This document shows positions 28,608 to 42,400 of a stretch of DNA of 64,000 bases, one piece after another. Made by a program: the position numbers and the translations under genes. The stretch comes from Octopus vulgaris (taxonomy: Eukaryota), in NCBI GenBank assembly GCA_951406725.2, contig OX597817.1:86738001-86802000 (forward strand). The letters are read 5' to 3'. Within the stretch, counting starts at the first letter, position 1; every line of letters starts with the position of its first letter. The notes beneath the pieces were generated by a model that made no database searches, was not told where the DNA came from, and saw nothing but the letters and a program-made list of their open reading frames with translations.

Positions 28608-30065
28608 AATAAAATCATTTTTCGTTAATGGAATAGCATGTGTAACTCAAGTTTGACTTTTCCTATCAATAAAGTCATATTTGCAGGCATGTTGGTCTTC
28701 AAACCTTTTATCTGGTACAAGATCACCTCTTCCCCTCACAAAAGATCTTTGTCTTGCAAGTTACTTGGTGACCTTGCCAGTGCGCCACATAAAAAGCATC
28801 CAGTCCACACTATAAAATGGTTGGCATTTAGAAGGGCATCTAGCTGTAAAATCCATCCCCAAACTATCCTAGCCTGTGCTCATGCTACATAAAAAAGCAC
28901 TCCTTCTACTTTGTTGGGTGGTTGGTGTTAAAAATGGCATCCAGCCATAAAGACCATGCCAAAACAGACACAGAAACCTAGTGCAGTCTTCTGCTTGGCT
29001 CCTGTCAAACCATCCAACTCATGCCAGCATGGAAAACAGACATTAAACAAAAATGATGATGGCAATCATGATTGGTCAGTTGCATTCTTATGACAATGTC
29101 ATAAGAATGGCTAAAAGTATGACTTCTACAAAAATGTGGAAACAAAAAAAATAATAGAAAATCTTTGGTTTTCAATAATTAACATCCAATTTTTGTTGCT
29201 GGGGATAATCAGATTTTTCAAATTTTGTGCTATATGCATGCCTGACTATTCTGTATGGTAGCCAACTCTGGACTCTGAGCAGACCAGCTAGAAAATAAAT
29301 GCATCCCATGTCATAATTCAATATTCCTCATTCTCCATAGTTGTTGAAATACACTCAGAGAAGAATCTCTTATCAGCTCTATGAAGTTAGTGTCTCGAGA
29401 CATCACTACAAATCCAAGGCATCTGAATCATAGTTACCATCTTGGCCAAAACATCCAATTTATCTAGGCTTAGAATTGGATGTTATTGGACATGAGAACA
29501 AATTGGTGGATGAGAGGATGAAAAGCCAAGCCCTGAAGTTCATCAGAGTTGATTGTGTGAAATAGTGCTCTGCCTACATATGTTGTGGATAGGAAGCTAC
29601 CAATCCAAGAAATAGGAGACAGATGCAACTGAAAGCTTTCCTGATGTCAAGAACAACAATATTACTTTCCCTGAACTCCTCGTTGGTGAAAGCCCACTGG
29701 TGGAGGCATAGGAGAGTGGTTGTCGAGTAGATCTGACATTACAAAAGTTGCATTAGTAATCATTAAGGAAAGAGAGATGGTATGACATTGTTGTCTCTAT
29801 CACCTTTGAGGTAATAGTAGTGAGGTTGACTTTCTTATATAATCATTATTATTTAATGTCCATTTTCCATGCTGGCATGGGTTGGATGGTTTGACAGGAG
29901 CTGGGTAGCCAGGGAGCTGTCTAGACTGCAATTGTTGTTGCAACATGGTCTCTATGGCTGGATGTCCTTCCTAGTGCCAACCACTTTACAATGCTGAGTG
30001 CTTTTTACATGCCACCAGCACCTGTAAAGGATATATTTTGTACGTATGGATAACTGCAATTTTAC

Positions 30066-30098
<33 letters not shown>

Positions 30099-30223
30099 GA
30101 TACGATGTAACATAGGGGTAAAAATAAGAAGCATGAAGTCATATTGAAGGGTGGTATATGTGAGATTAGTTGAAATGATAGAAATAGAAAATAAACAATT
30201 ACCACTCTATATATAGCTTTATA

Positions 30224-30256
<33 letters not shown>

Positions 30257-31369
30257 AATAAATCAGCACTCTGGTTACAATGATGCATGTTCGAGTTAAA
30301 ACATGCAAGTGTGCAAGTGACTGAGCACTCCACAAACATGCATACCCTTAACATAGTTCTCAGGTAGACTCAACATGACACAGAATGTGATATGGCTGGC
30401 CCATTGAATTACAGACTCAATATATTTGAATGTAAAGTTTTATACATACATAATGTTCAACAATTATATGAAGGATTTTATAGAATAGAGCAAAGTCCAT
30501 CAGATTCTCCAGTCAAAAGGAACTAAATGAGAATTAGAAAGGTGAATGTATCAGAATGTGACTTAGTTTATTATAATGAGGAGGAGGGTATGGTCACCAA
30601 GTTAGATCATGCACATGTAGGATTATCCATAACTCAAATATACACACAAATATGTACACATAGAACACACATGAATGTGTATAAAAGCTATTAAAACATA
30701 TATAACTATGCATAGCATCCATCTAATAATCATTCACACAAATATATAGAGACTTCTCATAATAGAAAAGTGAAAGAATGTCAAACATAAAACACATCTT
30801 GCATACAACTGGTGATATAATGAGAATTCATGGTAATAAAGGTGGGTGGACAGTAACATATATATGCAGGTGTGGCTGTGTGGTAAGAATCTTGCTTCCC
30901 AACCACATGGTTCCGGGTTCAGGCTGACCAAAGTTTTGTGAGTGAATTTGGTAGATGAAAACTGAAAGAAGCCCATTGTGTGTGTGTCACCGTGTCTCGT
31001 TTGTCCCCCGCTGCCACTTAATAACTTTCCCTGTAACCTAGTGGTTCAGCAAAAGAGACTGATAGAACCAGTACTAGGCTTTAAAAAAATACATCCTGGG
31101 ATTGATTTGTTTGACTAAAGCCCTTCATGGCAGTGCCCCAGCATGGCCGCAGTCAAATGACTGAAACAAGTAAAAGAAAAGTTATACTGTATTTTGCAGC
31201 ATAGTCAGTGCTGCATTATCAGAGAAGCATTCTGATTTTGTAATTGTGATTCTAGAAAAAAACAAGTTTATACTTACCCAAAGCCCTGTCCACACAGTCT
31301 GACAGTGCTTGGTAGGCACACAATAATTGCCTGTTATCAGACAAAATTGTTGAGTGAAATCACCTTTGT

Positions 31370-33044
31370 TGTGGCAAGAGTCATTGACACCTCTGGAGGG
31401 ATTGGAAGAGCAGACTAGCCAAACTCTTAAGCATGCCAACAAGATGTCAGTAGAAGTCAGTGTGTTAGTTCCTCGTTGAACTCGCACCAAACCTAATGTA
31501 TTGGCGCAATCTGAACTCACACCGAACCCATAAGTGTCCATAATGGTAGTTGTTCGAATTACTGAGTGTTGGTCCTGTAGCTAGAATGTGGTAGAGGTTC
31601 AATTCCCCTGCTCACAATATATCAGATAAAGCAGTGCAGTGTTAACCAGCTAGAGGAGATGTCTTCTTGGGGTTAAAAAAATCACACTAAAGTTTGTTCG
31701 AGCGAAAAGCAAGTGCTTAGCACAATGAAAAACAAGTGCTAACAAGAGTGCTGTGTGCAATTAACAATACTACCCAAGAGTCAGGCAACAATTATGTTAC
31801 ATTGGGCAATGAGTTGTCAATGATATAAACGTGGCGACAAGGTATTCGAAGCTTGTGTCGGGCATTAAATTTTTTTTTTTTTTTTTTTTTTTGGTACGAA
31901 GTCACAGGAAAAAAATCATTAACATGAAAGACTTATTGGCTTGCGTGGTGCAGTTGCAACAGCAACATCAGCAGTTACAGCAACAATAAGAATACCAACA
32001 GCTACTGGAAGTAATGTTGAAGAAGTCTGAAAATACTTCAGGTTCGTTCTCGTCAGACAGCCTAGTAAACTCAATTGAACATATCACTACACCTCCATAT
32101 CACCCAAAATCAAATGGGCAAGCAGAAAAGGTTTGTGGATACATTTAAAAGAGTATTAAAGAAATCAAGAAACAAACTAGCCGATGACAAAGCATTGACA
32201 CAATTCTTGAGGGTTTATAGGATAAATCCTAACCCAAACATTTTTTCAGGCAAGTCGACTGTGGAACTAATGTTTGCTCGAGAAATAAAGCAATTTTCGG
32301 CAAGATGTTATCAGTAAGAAAAACAAATAGGGAAAACACTAAAATTACAACAAAGTATTTTAATATTGGTGACAGTGTTTTACAAAATATATAAAAATGG
32401 AAGACAAGGTTGGGAAGATGGAATAGTAACAAAAATAATAAGCAAAATGACATATATAAGAGGTGTATTGGTGTGAACTGAACTAGCACTGAACCCATAA
32501 TGGTGTCCATAGTTGTTTGAATTACTATGTGTTGGTCCCGTAGCTAGAATGTGGTAGGGGTTCAATTCCCCTGCTCACAATATATCAGATACAGCTGACA
32601 CAAAGACATTTAAACCAGCTAAAAAATATATGCAAAAAAAAAGAGATACCCCTGGAAGTGTTCTTTGACACCTTTGATGTTCCAATACCACAAGAAAGAG
32701 AAAACACAGAATAGTTGGGAGTAGTGCCTAAATGAAAGAAATATTAAACTTCCCTAGGAGGAAAATCTCAAAAAGGGAATGTGATGAAAGAAAATAAATA
32801 ATAATATTAACTTCCAACGGAAGTCAATCTCAAAGGGGGAGATTGTGGTGAGGGTCAATGACACCCCTAAAGGATTGGAAAAAATGAATGAGCCAAACTC
32901 TTATAAAGAGTAGCAACAAGAGGTTGGTAGGGGTCATTGAGAGGGCATTTTGGAGTCTTTCGAAGTACATCGTGTGAACACATTGATTTTTTCCTCTGAA
33001 TGATTAAATTATCCAAGGCTTGTCAAGGATATAAAAACCTTACA
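31370..33044 (+). mobile_element. internally deleted Gypsy-type LTR retrotransposon relic
   Basis: Diverged LTR-like pair starting TGT at 31370 and 32844; PBS-like tggcgac at 31832; integrase remnant EHITTPPYHPKSNGQAE/RFVDTFKRVLKK at ~32075-32290; polypurine tract aaagggggaga before the 3' LTR; no clear TSD. Confidence 0.78.
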
Positions 33045-36000
33045 ATGGCCATCTATTTAGTGGTTTGCTGCCTGATATTATTGTAATACGCAACACTATG
33101 CTCTTAGCTTTAACTTCCCTTAGATTATTCATTTATTTACTGAGTAACTGTAATTGTATTGATCTCAACAATGTTAGTTAAATGTTTTATAGTACAGGAA
33201 ATATTAACAATTGCCTCATAATGAAATAAGTTTTTGTAAGGGGCTGATTTCATTTAACTCAACAAAAAAAAACCATGGCAGTAACTTCTTAACTAGCACT
33301 GTGGAAGGCATGGTAACTTTCAAGATATTTGTTTTGTAAAACAAATACCTTTCTTTTTGTTTTACAAAAAAAAAGTCTACCATGCCACAAAATATGTGTG
33401 TGCGATGTTACCAGTGTTGTCTTTGTGTCTAATTGTTGTGTGTGTATGTACTCCTACCATATTCTTTTCATTTCTTTGATAGTCAAAAATGACAGCAATT
33501 GTCTCTAAAATGTTAGTATAATAATGAACAGGCTTCTATAATAATGATGTGTGGGTGTATAAGTGAGAAGCTATTTCAAAGAATTGCTTTGTAGCTTGTT
33601 TGATGCAATATACCTTATAATGGGTTCATTAAACAACTTGTGGCAGCATTAAAAGACTAAAATTTCAACAGTTGCTACTTTGTTTTTAAACAGAAAATAA
33701 TCAGTAAGTCAGAAAAATCTAAAAGAAAAAATATTTTAGTTCTAAGGTACACTGTTAAACATTGCATAAATTACCAATTTAGAAACCTTTAATAATTGTT
33801 TTGAATGGGTAAAATGGTTTTAATTAGTTTTAATGAAAATCTTTCTTTGATAGTTGAAATGCCATGAGAATTCAAGTAATATTAATTACTAGCTTTGTAC
33901 TCTTTTCTGTTTATGTACTGACTCACCTACTCTTTACTCTCCTCGCATATTTCTTTTCAACACTACCACACTGACCTACCTATACTTCTCTTCCACCACC
34001 ATAACCTATCGCACACAACTACCACTAATCATAAACTACCTATACTAATAAAAGCTGGACACTATAGTGTTGCAGGCCAATAACATGGCATAATTGTCGA
34101 TTTGCAGGTAAGTAAATTAGGACCATGTGCTTAAATCCTTTAGCTCTAAGACAGTGAATTCACATCAATGATATATTTTTGCTATATTAGATAAGTGATG
34201 TGTGCAAGCTAAAAGATCAGGTTAGAATTGGTGTCCAGCAGCAATACCTCAAGCTGTTCTTCTCAATTCTTCAAATGTTTTCTAGTATAGGAAATACTAG
34301 CAATTGCTAAGTAATGAAGTAAGTATTTATAAAGGGCTGATTTCGGTTAATTTAAAGTAATCCATGGTAGTAACTTCTCAACTAGTACTGTGAAAGCATG
34401 ATAATTTTCAAGATATTTGTTCCTGTGCTCTAATGCTTTGATTTGGTTTCAAATCTAGAAAATGCTGGATGAAGACAATACATGTTCATCTGTCAAAGTG
34501 ATGAGGACCATCTAGACAGCCTTAAAGATGACTGACGACTTGCACTCTGAGTTTCTTTAAAGTGAAGAAGAGTTGCACTCCACCAACCTCATGACTCTCT
34601 TATCCTTGACTATCTTCAGTCCAGTGGCAAGACCAGATCATGATGACTGGAGATAGATGCAGTGGATGACCTTCACTTCACAATGTGTTGCTGCAGCCAC
34701 CTTCTCATGCATTGAACCATGAAGGTTTCTTCTACCAAGTCTGCAAGATCCAATTGTCACATGCATAAATAGACAAGCTCTAATAAGCTAACTAGCCCAT
34801 AGCCGGGACCCTAACAGGTGCTACGACTTTAGGTTAGAGTAGAGCTTAGAACAGTAGTGGCTATGAAGTGGTTCCACACTCCTCAAATCCCCTAGAATCT
34901 CACAAACCAGGGCCCCACTTGTATGACAGTGACACTCCTTTACAACAAATATGCTATGTGAAGACAAGGAGGCACAAACATATTCATATACACATATTGT
35001 GTGATGGGCTTCTTTCAGTTTTTATCTACCAAATCCACTTACAAAACTTCAGTCAACATTGAGGCTATAGTAGAAAGCATTTGCACCAAGGTGCCACATA
35101 CTGCGATTGAACCCAAAACATGTGGTTTGGAAGTAAACTTTTTAACCACCCAGCTATGTCTGTTGTGAGGAAATAAAATCTTATGAACTCTGTGACATTT
35201 TTTTTTTTTAACTATGATTAATATAACAGTTTTGCATTTTAGCATAGTTTATGCATTGAAAAAATTGCTTATCAAATTAATTTTATTAAAATATTGTGCA
35301 AATGTCTTAAATGTAATTATCTTTTATTGCATATCAATCAATTCTGCTTGATTCAGTTTGGTATAAAGTAAATTTACTAGTTGCTAATATTGAGATGATA
35401 GATTTCATGTGTGGCAAAATTACAGTGACTTCAAAGTTTTTTCAGGCTCTCTGAAGAAAGTGAAAAAGCAAAACTTAAGTCACTGTCAGACTTTCTTTGT
35501 AAAAGTTTATGTGCTCAACTAAAACTAAGTATTGAATAATCCTTTGTTTTAATATTTGTTTTAATATATTTAACTTTATATAAGAATAGACAAAACAAAA
35601 CATTACAAGAATTGAATCACCCCAGAGATCATTCATTAATCAAGGGCATGACTGATCTTAATTATTAGGACTGCCTTAAAACATTGCATCTTATTCTCTC
35701 CAGCACCACTGAGCACTACATCATTTGCACAATGTGGAGAATACACTACTGGCATTGCCCAAACAACCTTAGCATTAGATTCAGAATTTATCCAATGAGG
35801 CCATATGCCCCTGCACAATTCAGGATCACAACATAAATTCACTGCAACACAATTTCTTTTCCTGAACAGGCCCTGCTCTATTTAACATCCCAAAACAAAT
35901 CAAAGAAGAAAAAGATCACATTACCTTCAACTAAAACCTGGACAAAATTCTTTGAGGGATACCAGATAAGCAACCTGTACCTGGATACATCTCAATCAAC

Positions 36001-36241
36001 AACTTACTTGAATGGGCCATGATACTACTCAACTTAACAGATCCTGTCAACTGTTGCTGCTAAGTTTGACATGACCTGAGCCAATCTTTGGCTAAAATGT
36101 ATCTAAGTTACATATGTGTGTGTGTGTGTGTGTGTTTTGTGCATTTGAAGCCAATTTTTTAAAGTGTTTTTCAGAAAATACTAAAATAATATTTAAATAA
36201 ATTAATTTTGTTTTGTAATTATATTTTTTCTTTTAATTTAG

Positions 36242-36418
36242 AAAGCCTTATACATCAAGTGACAGTGAATATAATGAAACACAAACCTTATTTTCTCAAT
36301 CGTCCCAAACCTCTAAAAGCTGTGGTGACCACAACTATGAAAGCAGGAGCTCTGGTCTACACCCTTCGAAGTCAATCTGACAATCCTGGAAATATAATCA
36401 AATACAGAATGACTGATC
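36242..36418 (+). CDS. cadherin exon (SLIHQVTVNIMKHKPYFLNRP...KYRMTD)
   Basis: tttaatttag| acceptor, C|gtgagt donor, open frame. Confidence 0.88.
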
Positions 36419-39400
36419 GTGAGTTCAATATATATGATTTCTATTTTGATTTTGATAAAGTAACTGAAATGTGGCTAAATGCCTTGGAGTAAACAATTAG
36501 AAGATCCATTTACATTTCTTAGTTCAAATCTTACTTTGGCTGACTTCATTGTTATTCTTCCTGGGTTAAGAAAATAAGCATATAAGTACAGGTAGACAGG
36601 TGTCCGTGTGTCTATGTGTGTGTATACATTTATGAATCTGTTTTGCAAGATTCCTGATGTGAACCTGTATGTTGAAACATTGTTATATTTCGGGATGGTC
36701 ATTTCCCCACCTCCCCCAAATAAGCACACACTATATATTCATTCTTCACTTGTTTATTATTTTTCTTCAGACAATGGACATAGGATAAAATAACAGTAAT
36801 AAACAAGTGACAAGTGAATATATAGTGTTTATTTGGGAAAAAAAAAAAAAATGACTATCCTGAAATATAACAATATGTATATAAAAGAGATAGAAAGGAT
36901 TTAAATAATCATACTCCCTTCCATACAGATTTGTGTTGTTATACTGATTGAAAGAAATCGATTTTTATATCAGAAGTACACAATCTCTTACCTGAATCCC
37001 TTGCAACAAGGAATTTCAGAATTCAAAATTTTTCAGATTTTATAAATGGTCTTTACAGTGTATTCATAGAATATATCCTTGAAAGTCAAGGTTCTCAAGA
37101 ATAGCTTAGGTTGACATCTCCACTGCCACCACCAACTTTAACAAAAATTCTGTTCTGATTCAAATATATCTGAATGGTAGGTTGAGTTTGTATTTTAAGC
37201 CCTTAGTGAAACCATTACAGCTGGGCAGGTAGACATTTTTACCATCTTGCCATAATTATGAGGAAGGTACCACTAGTTAGCTTCAGGATAATGTAAGAAT
37301 GCACATTAAACAAGATAGCTATATAACAAACACTTACAAAATGTGCATTAAAAATTCCTAGTGAAAATATTGCACAATTTTTCTTCATTTGTGTTATATT
37401 CATACTAAGTTTAGCAATATTTCATCCATTTATCATTCTGAGTTCAAATTCTGTTGAGGCCACTTTGCCTTTCATCCTTTTGAGGTCAATAAAATAAGTA
37501 CCAGTTGAGCACTGGAGTCAATAAAATTGATTTACTCCCTTTTCTGAAATTTCTGGCCTTGTGCCAAAATTTGAGATCAATATTCACACTGAGTGAGATA
37601 AATAAATATTATAGTTTGTTTGGTCATGATTGGTGCTAAACACGTGCTTTGGTGTGCAGACAACCTCCATGAAAAATCTTTTGGTTTACAGAGCTTTTCA
37701 GTTTTCAAAATTTAGGATAAGAGATTTTGCATTGCATTTTTTAAAAAATGGTTTCCCAAGTTTCATAATTTTCTGCTTTGTGATTGATTCTTAGAATGGG
37801 TATTAACTCAAAATTCCTTATGTATATATATTTTGGCTTATTTTGTTTTATTTTTTCTTTGTACTACAGCAAACAAATACTTTGAGTTGAATAAAGATAC
37901 TGGTGATATAACGATTCTTTGGAAAGACAAACTCGTTCTTAATAGGTATTATCCATTGGAGGTTTATGCTGTTGATGTTTCTGTTACACCAAATTTGGTA
38001 ACTGGTCCTGAAACATTGGAAGTTTTTTATGGTGCCCTTCCACCTCAGTTCTTTCAGTCAAGCTACAGTGGCTCTGTTTTTGAAAACAACCAAGCCAATC
38101 AAGAGTATGTAATAATATTGTTTTCATTTGCTTTTCTTCCAATCAAATTTTGAATTAATGAATTACAGAATTTACTCAGTTGAATCCATGACTTTATTCT
38201 AAGTCACAATTTTTGGATTGTTAACAACTTGATTCTCACTACTATTAAAATAGTCTTCGTATATGAAATGAGGGTTAGAGGAAACTTGGAAAGACATACC
38301 GGGAATAATGTTGCAATCGTAACAGAAAAATGTATTTTTATATTTAATTTAACATTTTGATGCCCATGTTCCATGGGTGGACAGTTTGACAGGATCTGAT
38401 GGTTCCAAGGACTGCATCATACTCCACTGTCTACTTTGGCATGGTTTCTATGGCTTGATGCCCTTCCTAATACCAGTAACTTTACAGCATGTATTGAGTG
38501 CTTATTTTTATACTACCAATGCTAGTGAGGTTACCATATGGTCTGCAAGACAACAAACCTACTTTACAAAACTACTTTTAGATAGATAAAATGGAGTAAG
38601 CAGGTATGTATGCACTAACCAATATTTACATAGTGTGTTGATATGGTTGTCAGCTGTTTTAAGGTAACAAGTCATATTAGCAAATCAAGGCTAAAGTTAT
38701 TTGGTGATACTAAAGAATTCCATTTTTGAGCTGGAACTTTACAAAATGAATATGAAATAGTTGGCATTAGTACTTACTGAAGGCCAACACTTTTCTGTTT
38801 ACATAACTTCAAACATCTGTCTGAAATATAAGCTTTCATATCACTTAAGTTAATCAAGTGAAGTCATTAACTATTTCCATCATACAGTCATGCTTTGAAG
38901 TAAAGACACTTTTGAACATGTGACATTAAATACACAAATGGCTATAGTTTCTTGCTAATTGTAATGTTAATACTTGTATATAATGTAGTTAGCCTCCTCT
39001 AGCACTAGTTTCATTTAGAAGACTCTATTTCAAATATCAAGTTGTTTGCAATCAATTGAGTTTAAGACTAAAAAAATCATATTCAAAGGAAGTAAAAACT
39101 TTTAGTAACTCCTCAAGTTTGTATCTGTATTCAGCTATATAATATTCATTATTAGTTGACTTACATTGTTTTGGATGACTGTGGAAGTGTTACTTTAGTT
39201 AGTTAGCTTTTTGCACCTTTATTTTTTTCATTTAACTTCCTTGCTATTGCATGATTTATTTTATAAATTTTTTTTTTAACATGTTATAATGTCAGTGTTC
39301 ATACTCGACAGAGTGTAAGTACCTTGAGAGAGAAGTTGGACCTAAGAAGCATCAGTTGCGGTGTGCAAGAGAGACGTTTGCGCTGGTATGGCCATGTGGC

Positions 39401-42400
39401 GAGAATGGATGAAGATAGTTGTGTGAAAAAGTGCCACACCCTAGCTTTTGAGGGAATCTGTGGAAGAGGCAGACCCAGGAAAACCTGGGATGAGGTGGTG
39501 AAGCACGACCTTCGAACTTTAGGTCTCACCGAGGAAATGACTAGAGACCGAGACCTTTGGAAGTATGCTGTGCGTGAGAAGACCCGGCAGGACAAATGAG
39601 ATCATCACCCATGGCCTCAGTCCACTTATGCATACCTTTCCTTCTTGTGACGCAAAACCCTACTTGTGAAGACTTGTTGAGGCAAGTGAAAATCAAAAAA
39701 ATCAAAATCGATTACATGAATGGAATTGTTGCTGTGATATCAGTGCTGGTGGCACATAAGAGAACCATCCAAACGTGGCCATTGCCAGTGCCGCCCTGAC
39801 TGGTTTCCGTGCCAGTGGCACGTAAAAAGCACCATCCGATCGTGGCCGTTTGCCAGCCTCGCCTGGCCTCCGTGCTGGTGGCACATAAAAAGCACCATCC
39901 GACCGTGGCCGTTTGCCAGACTTGTCTGGCACCTGTGCAGGTGGCATGTAAAAAGCACCCACTTCATTCATGGAGTGGTTGGCGTTAGGAAGGGCATCCA
40001 GCCATAGAAACATTGCCAGATCAGACTGGGCCTGGTGCAGCCTTCTGGCTTCCCAGACCCCAGTTGCACCGTCCAACCCATGCCAGCATGGAAAGCGGAC
40101 GCTAAACAATGATGATGATGCTATTTGAAGAATGTTAATGAAAGCCATCTATTCCTATGCAAATGTTTCATATAAAAGAGAAATAAAATGATTCTAGTTT
40201 CCTTATATTCATGCCACATACATGTCAAAAGCAACAGTATTGTTTTTGCATCAACTTTGTTTTAATCTTCCTTGTTTTTTTTTTTTTTATCTTTTTACAT
40301 CTTTGCAAATCATTTCTAGAATTGAGAATTTGTCTATTGCTGTGAAGTCTTTCTCTGGTAAGAATATAAATTTTGCTCTGACAACAATAGCAAATATTGC
40401 TACCACAGATTTTGAAATTCGGAAGAAACCTGGAAAAGATGCTGAAGCTTCAGTGTTTGTGATGAAAACTTTCTTATTCAACAAAGTTTCCAATGTCTTT
40501 AATTTAATAATCCTTGCTTCGGATTCAACTTTGACTAGTTCTGTACCAGTAAGTAATCTTATTGCCAATGCATATTTACTTCATTTCTCCATTTTTCAAC
40601 ACTATTTGATTGCGACAATTTCTTTTCTCTATTAAGAAAAGGTCTAGAATTAGTGAAAGTTAGCAGTGACATAGTTTCAGAGTTTAACCTGATCAGTTGT
40701 AGAAGCAGAGTCATCATTTCCACTCTCTTCCTTATGTCAAACTGAAATTTACCACCACATGCTACCTATTTTCAGATAGCACTGAGTCGCTGAGTTTCAT
40801 TAGTCTCTTGGCTTTTGCATGTACCTAGGTTCAAACTGGAATCTTCATTCTTCAAGCCTTCTTCTCTGGTTGATGCTATGTAATCAGTTTCACATTTAAA
40901 CAATATAGTAAAAAGAAAATTGTGTTTTAAACATTCTTTGCAAAAATTGAAGCTGTATCTATTTGTCAATCATAATTTGAGCTTAGTTTTCTTTTTTCTT
41001 TTTCTTGCAGTTGAATAATGTAACATTAACATAAACTTTATTTTAGTCACTAATTCTCTCACGCACTGTACTATTTTATATTCTAAATTAAACAATATAA
41101 GTTAATGATATTTTAATGCAGTTAACATTAAAAAGCTATCTGAAATAAATACAAAATTAGGAAAAAACAGTCAATTTTCATTTTTCCCTGGTACACAACA
41201 CATTTCTACTTTATTCTGATCTTGTCCACAAAACATTACCATATTTGCTGAAATAGTGAAAGAAAATCACTGTAAAAATGCAAAAATGTACATTTTTTGG
41301 TTACTGCTTTAAAGGTACCTTTTGCATAAAAAAAAATTGTTAACATTAGTATTTATAGATTTAATGCCAGCATTATTGTATTGTCATACTTAAAAGTAAT
41401 TTTGTTTATTTACGGAAAACGGATGTTAAACGATGATGATAAGATTTGTTTACTGAAAGCCTTTCAATTTTTTGTTTTTAGTTGACAGTACACATAATTG
41501 ATGTGAATAGTGAACCATCATTTACTATCCAAGAGTACAGATCCTTGCCTATAAATGAAGATGTTGCAGTTGGTACAGAAATTAAGAAAACAGGTTTGCA
41601 GTAATTAGTTTCTATACATTTATAAATATTTCTGTTATGCTCATATTTCTGAGGAAATGCAGCTTCTGTTTCAATTACTTTTGAAAATAATCAGGAACTT
41701 TGAGAGATTGGTTTATTTAAATATAACTAAATAAAAGATTCTCATAAACTTAGACTGAAAGGTTTTCATTTCAAATGAACACTTTGAAAAACAGATCTTG
41801 TATTCTTGAATCAGAAATGGTCTCGGGCTGTTTGGCATTGAAACAGTTAAACAATTAAATGGACTTTTGTCCCACATCATGGCACCTTGATGTCCTCTGT
41901 GATACCCAGACCAACAAAAGCTTTCTGGGTGAATTTGGTAGACCAAAACTGAAAGAACTGTGTGCGCCCTTGTCCCAATATCATTTGATGGTTTTAAATG
42001 AGCAGCAGCATCATACAAGTAATGTTGTTCATTTCCAATCTCCTGTGAATTACATGTCTAGCCCTGGAGTAATTGAAAATTTGCTTCAACAACTTTCATC
42101 TAACCCATGTAAGCATGGAGAAGTGAACATTAAAATGACAATGAGGATGTATGAACAGATTAAACTGCTGGATTAGGATTATTAATCCAGCAGTGAAAAG
42201 TTTTGGGTTTCAGGAGGTATTCAAAGTATTTTTTTAAAAATTTAAATGAAGTTGTCAAAATTGAGTTTGGAATTTTAGAAAAACTGGCTTTATTTGCCGC
42301 AGTGGAATTTTTCTATGCCAGAAATCAATGAAATGGGAAGTTGTCACAAAGATGCTTTTTATGAATTTGAGTTCTGTCACCTAATTAATATTATGAAATT

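Noticed and set aside
30865-30925. tRNA gene candidates at SINE heads
   Set aside because: A/B boxes are present but no full cloverleaf forms, and they run straight into SINE bodies.
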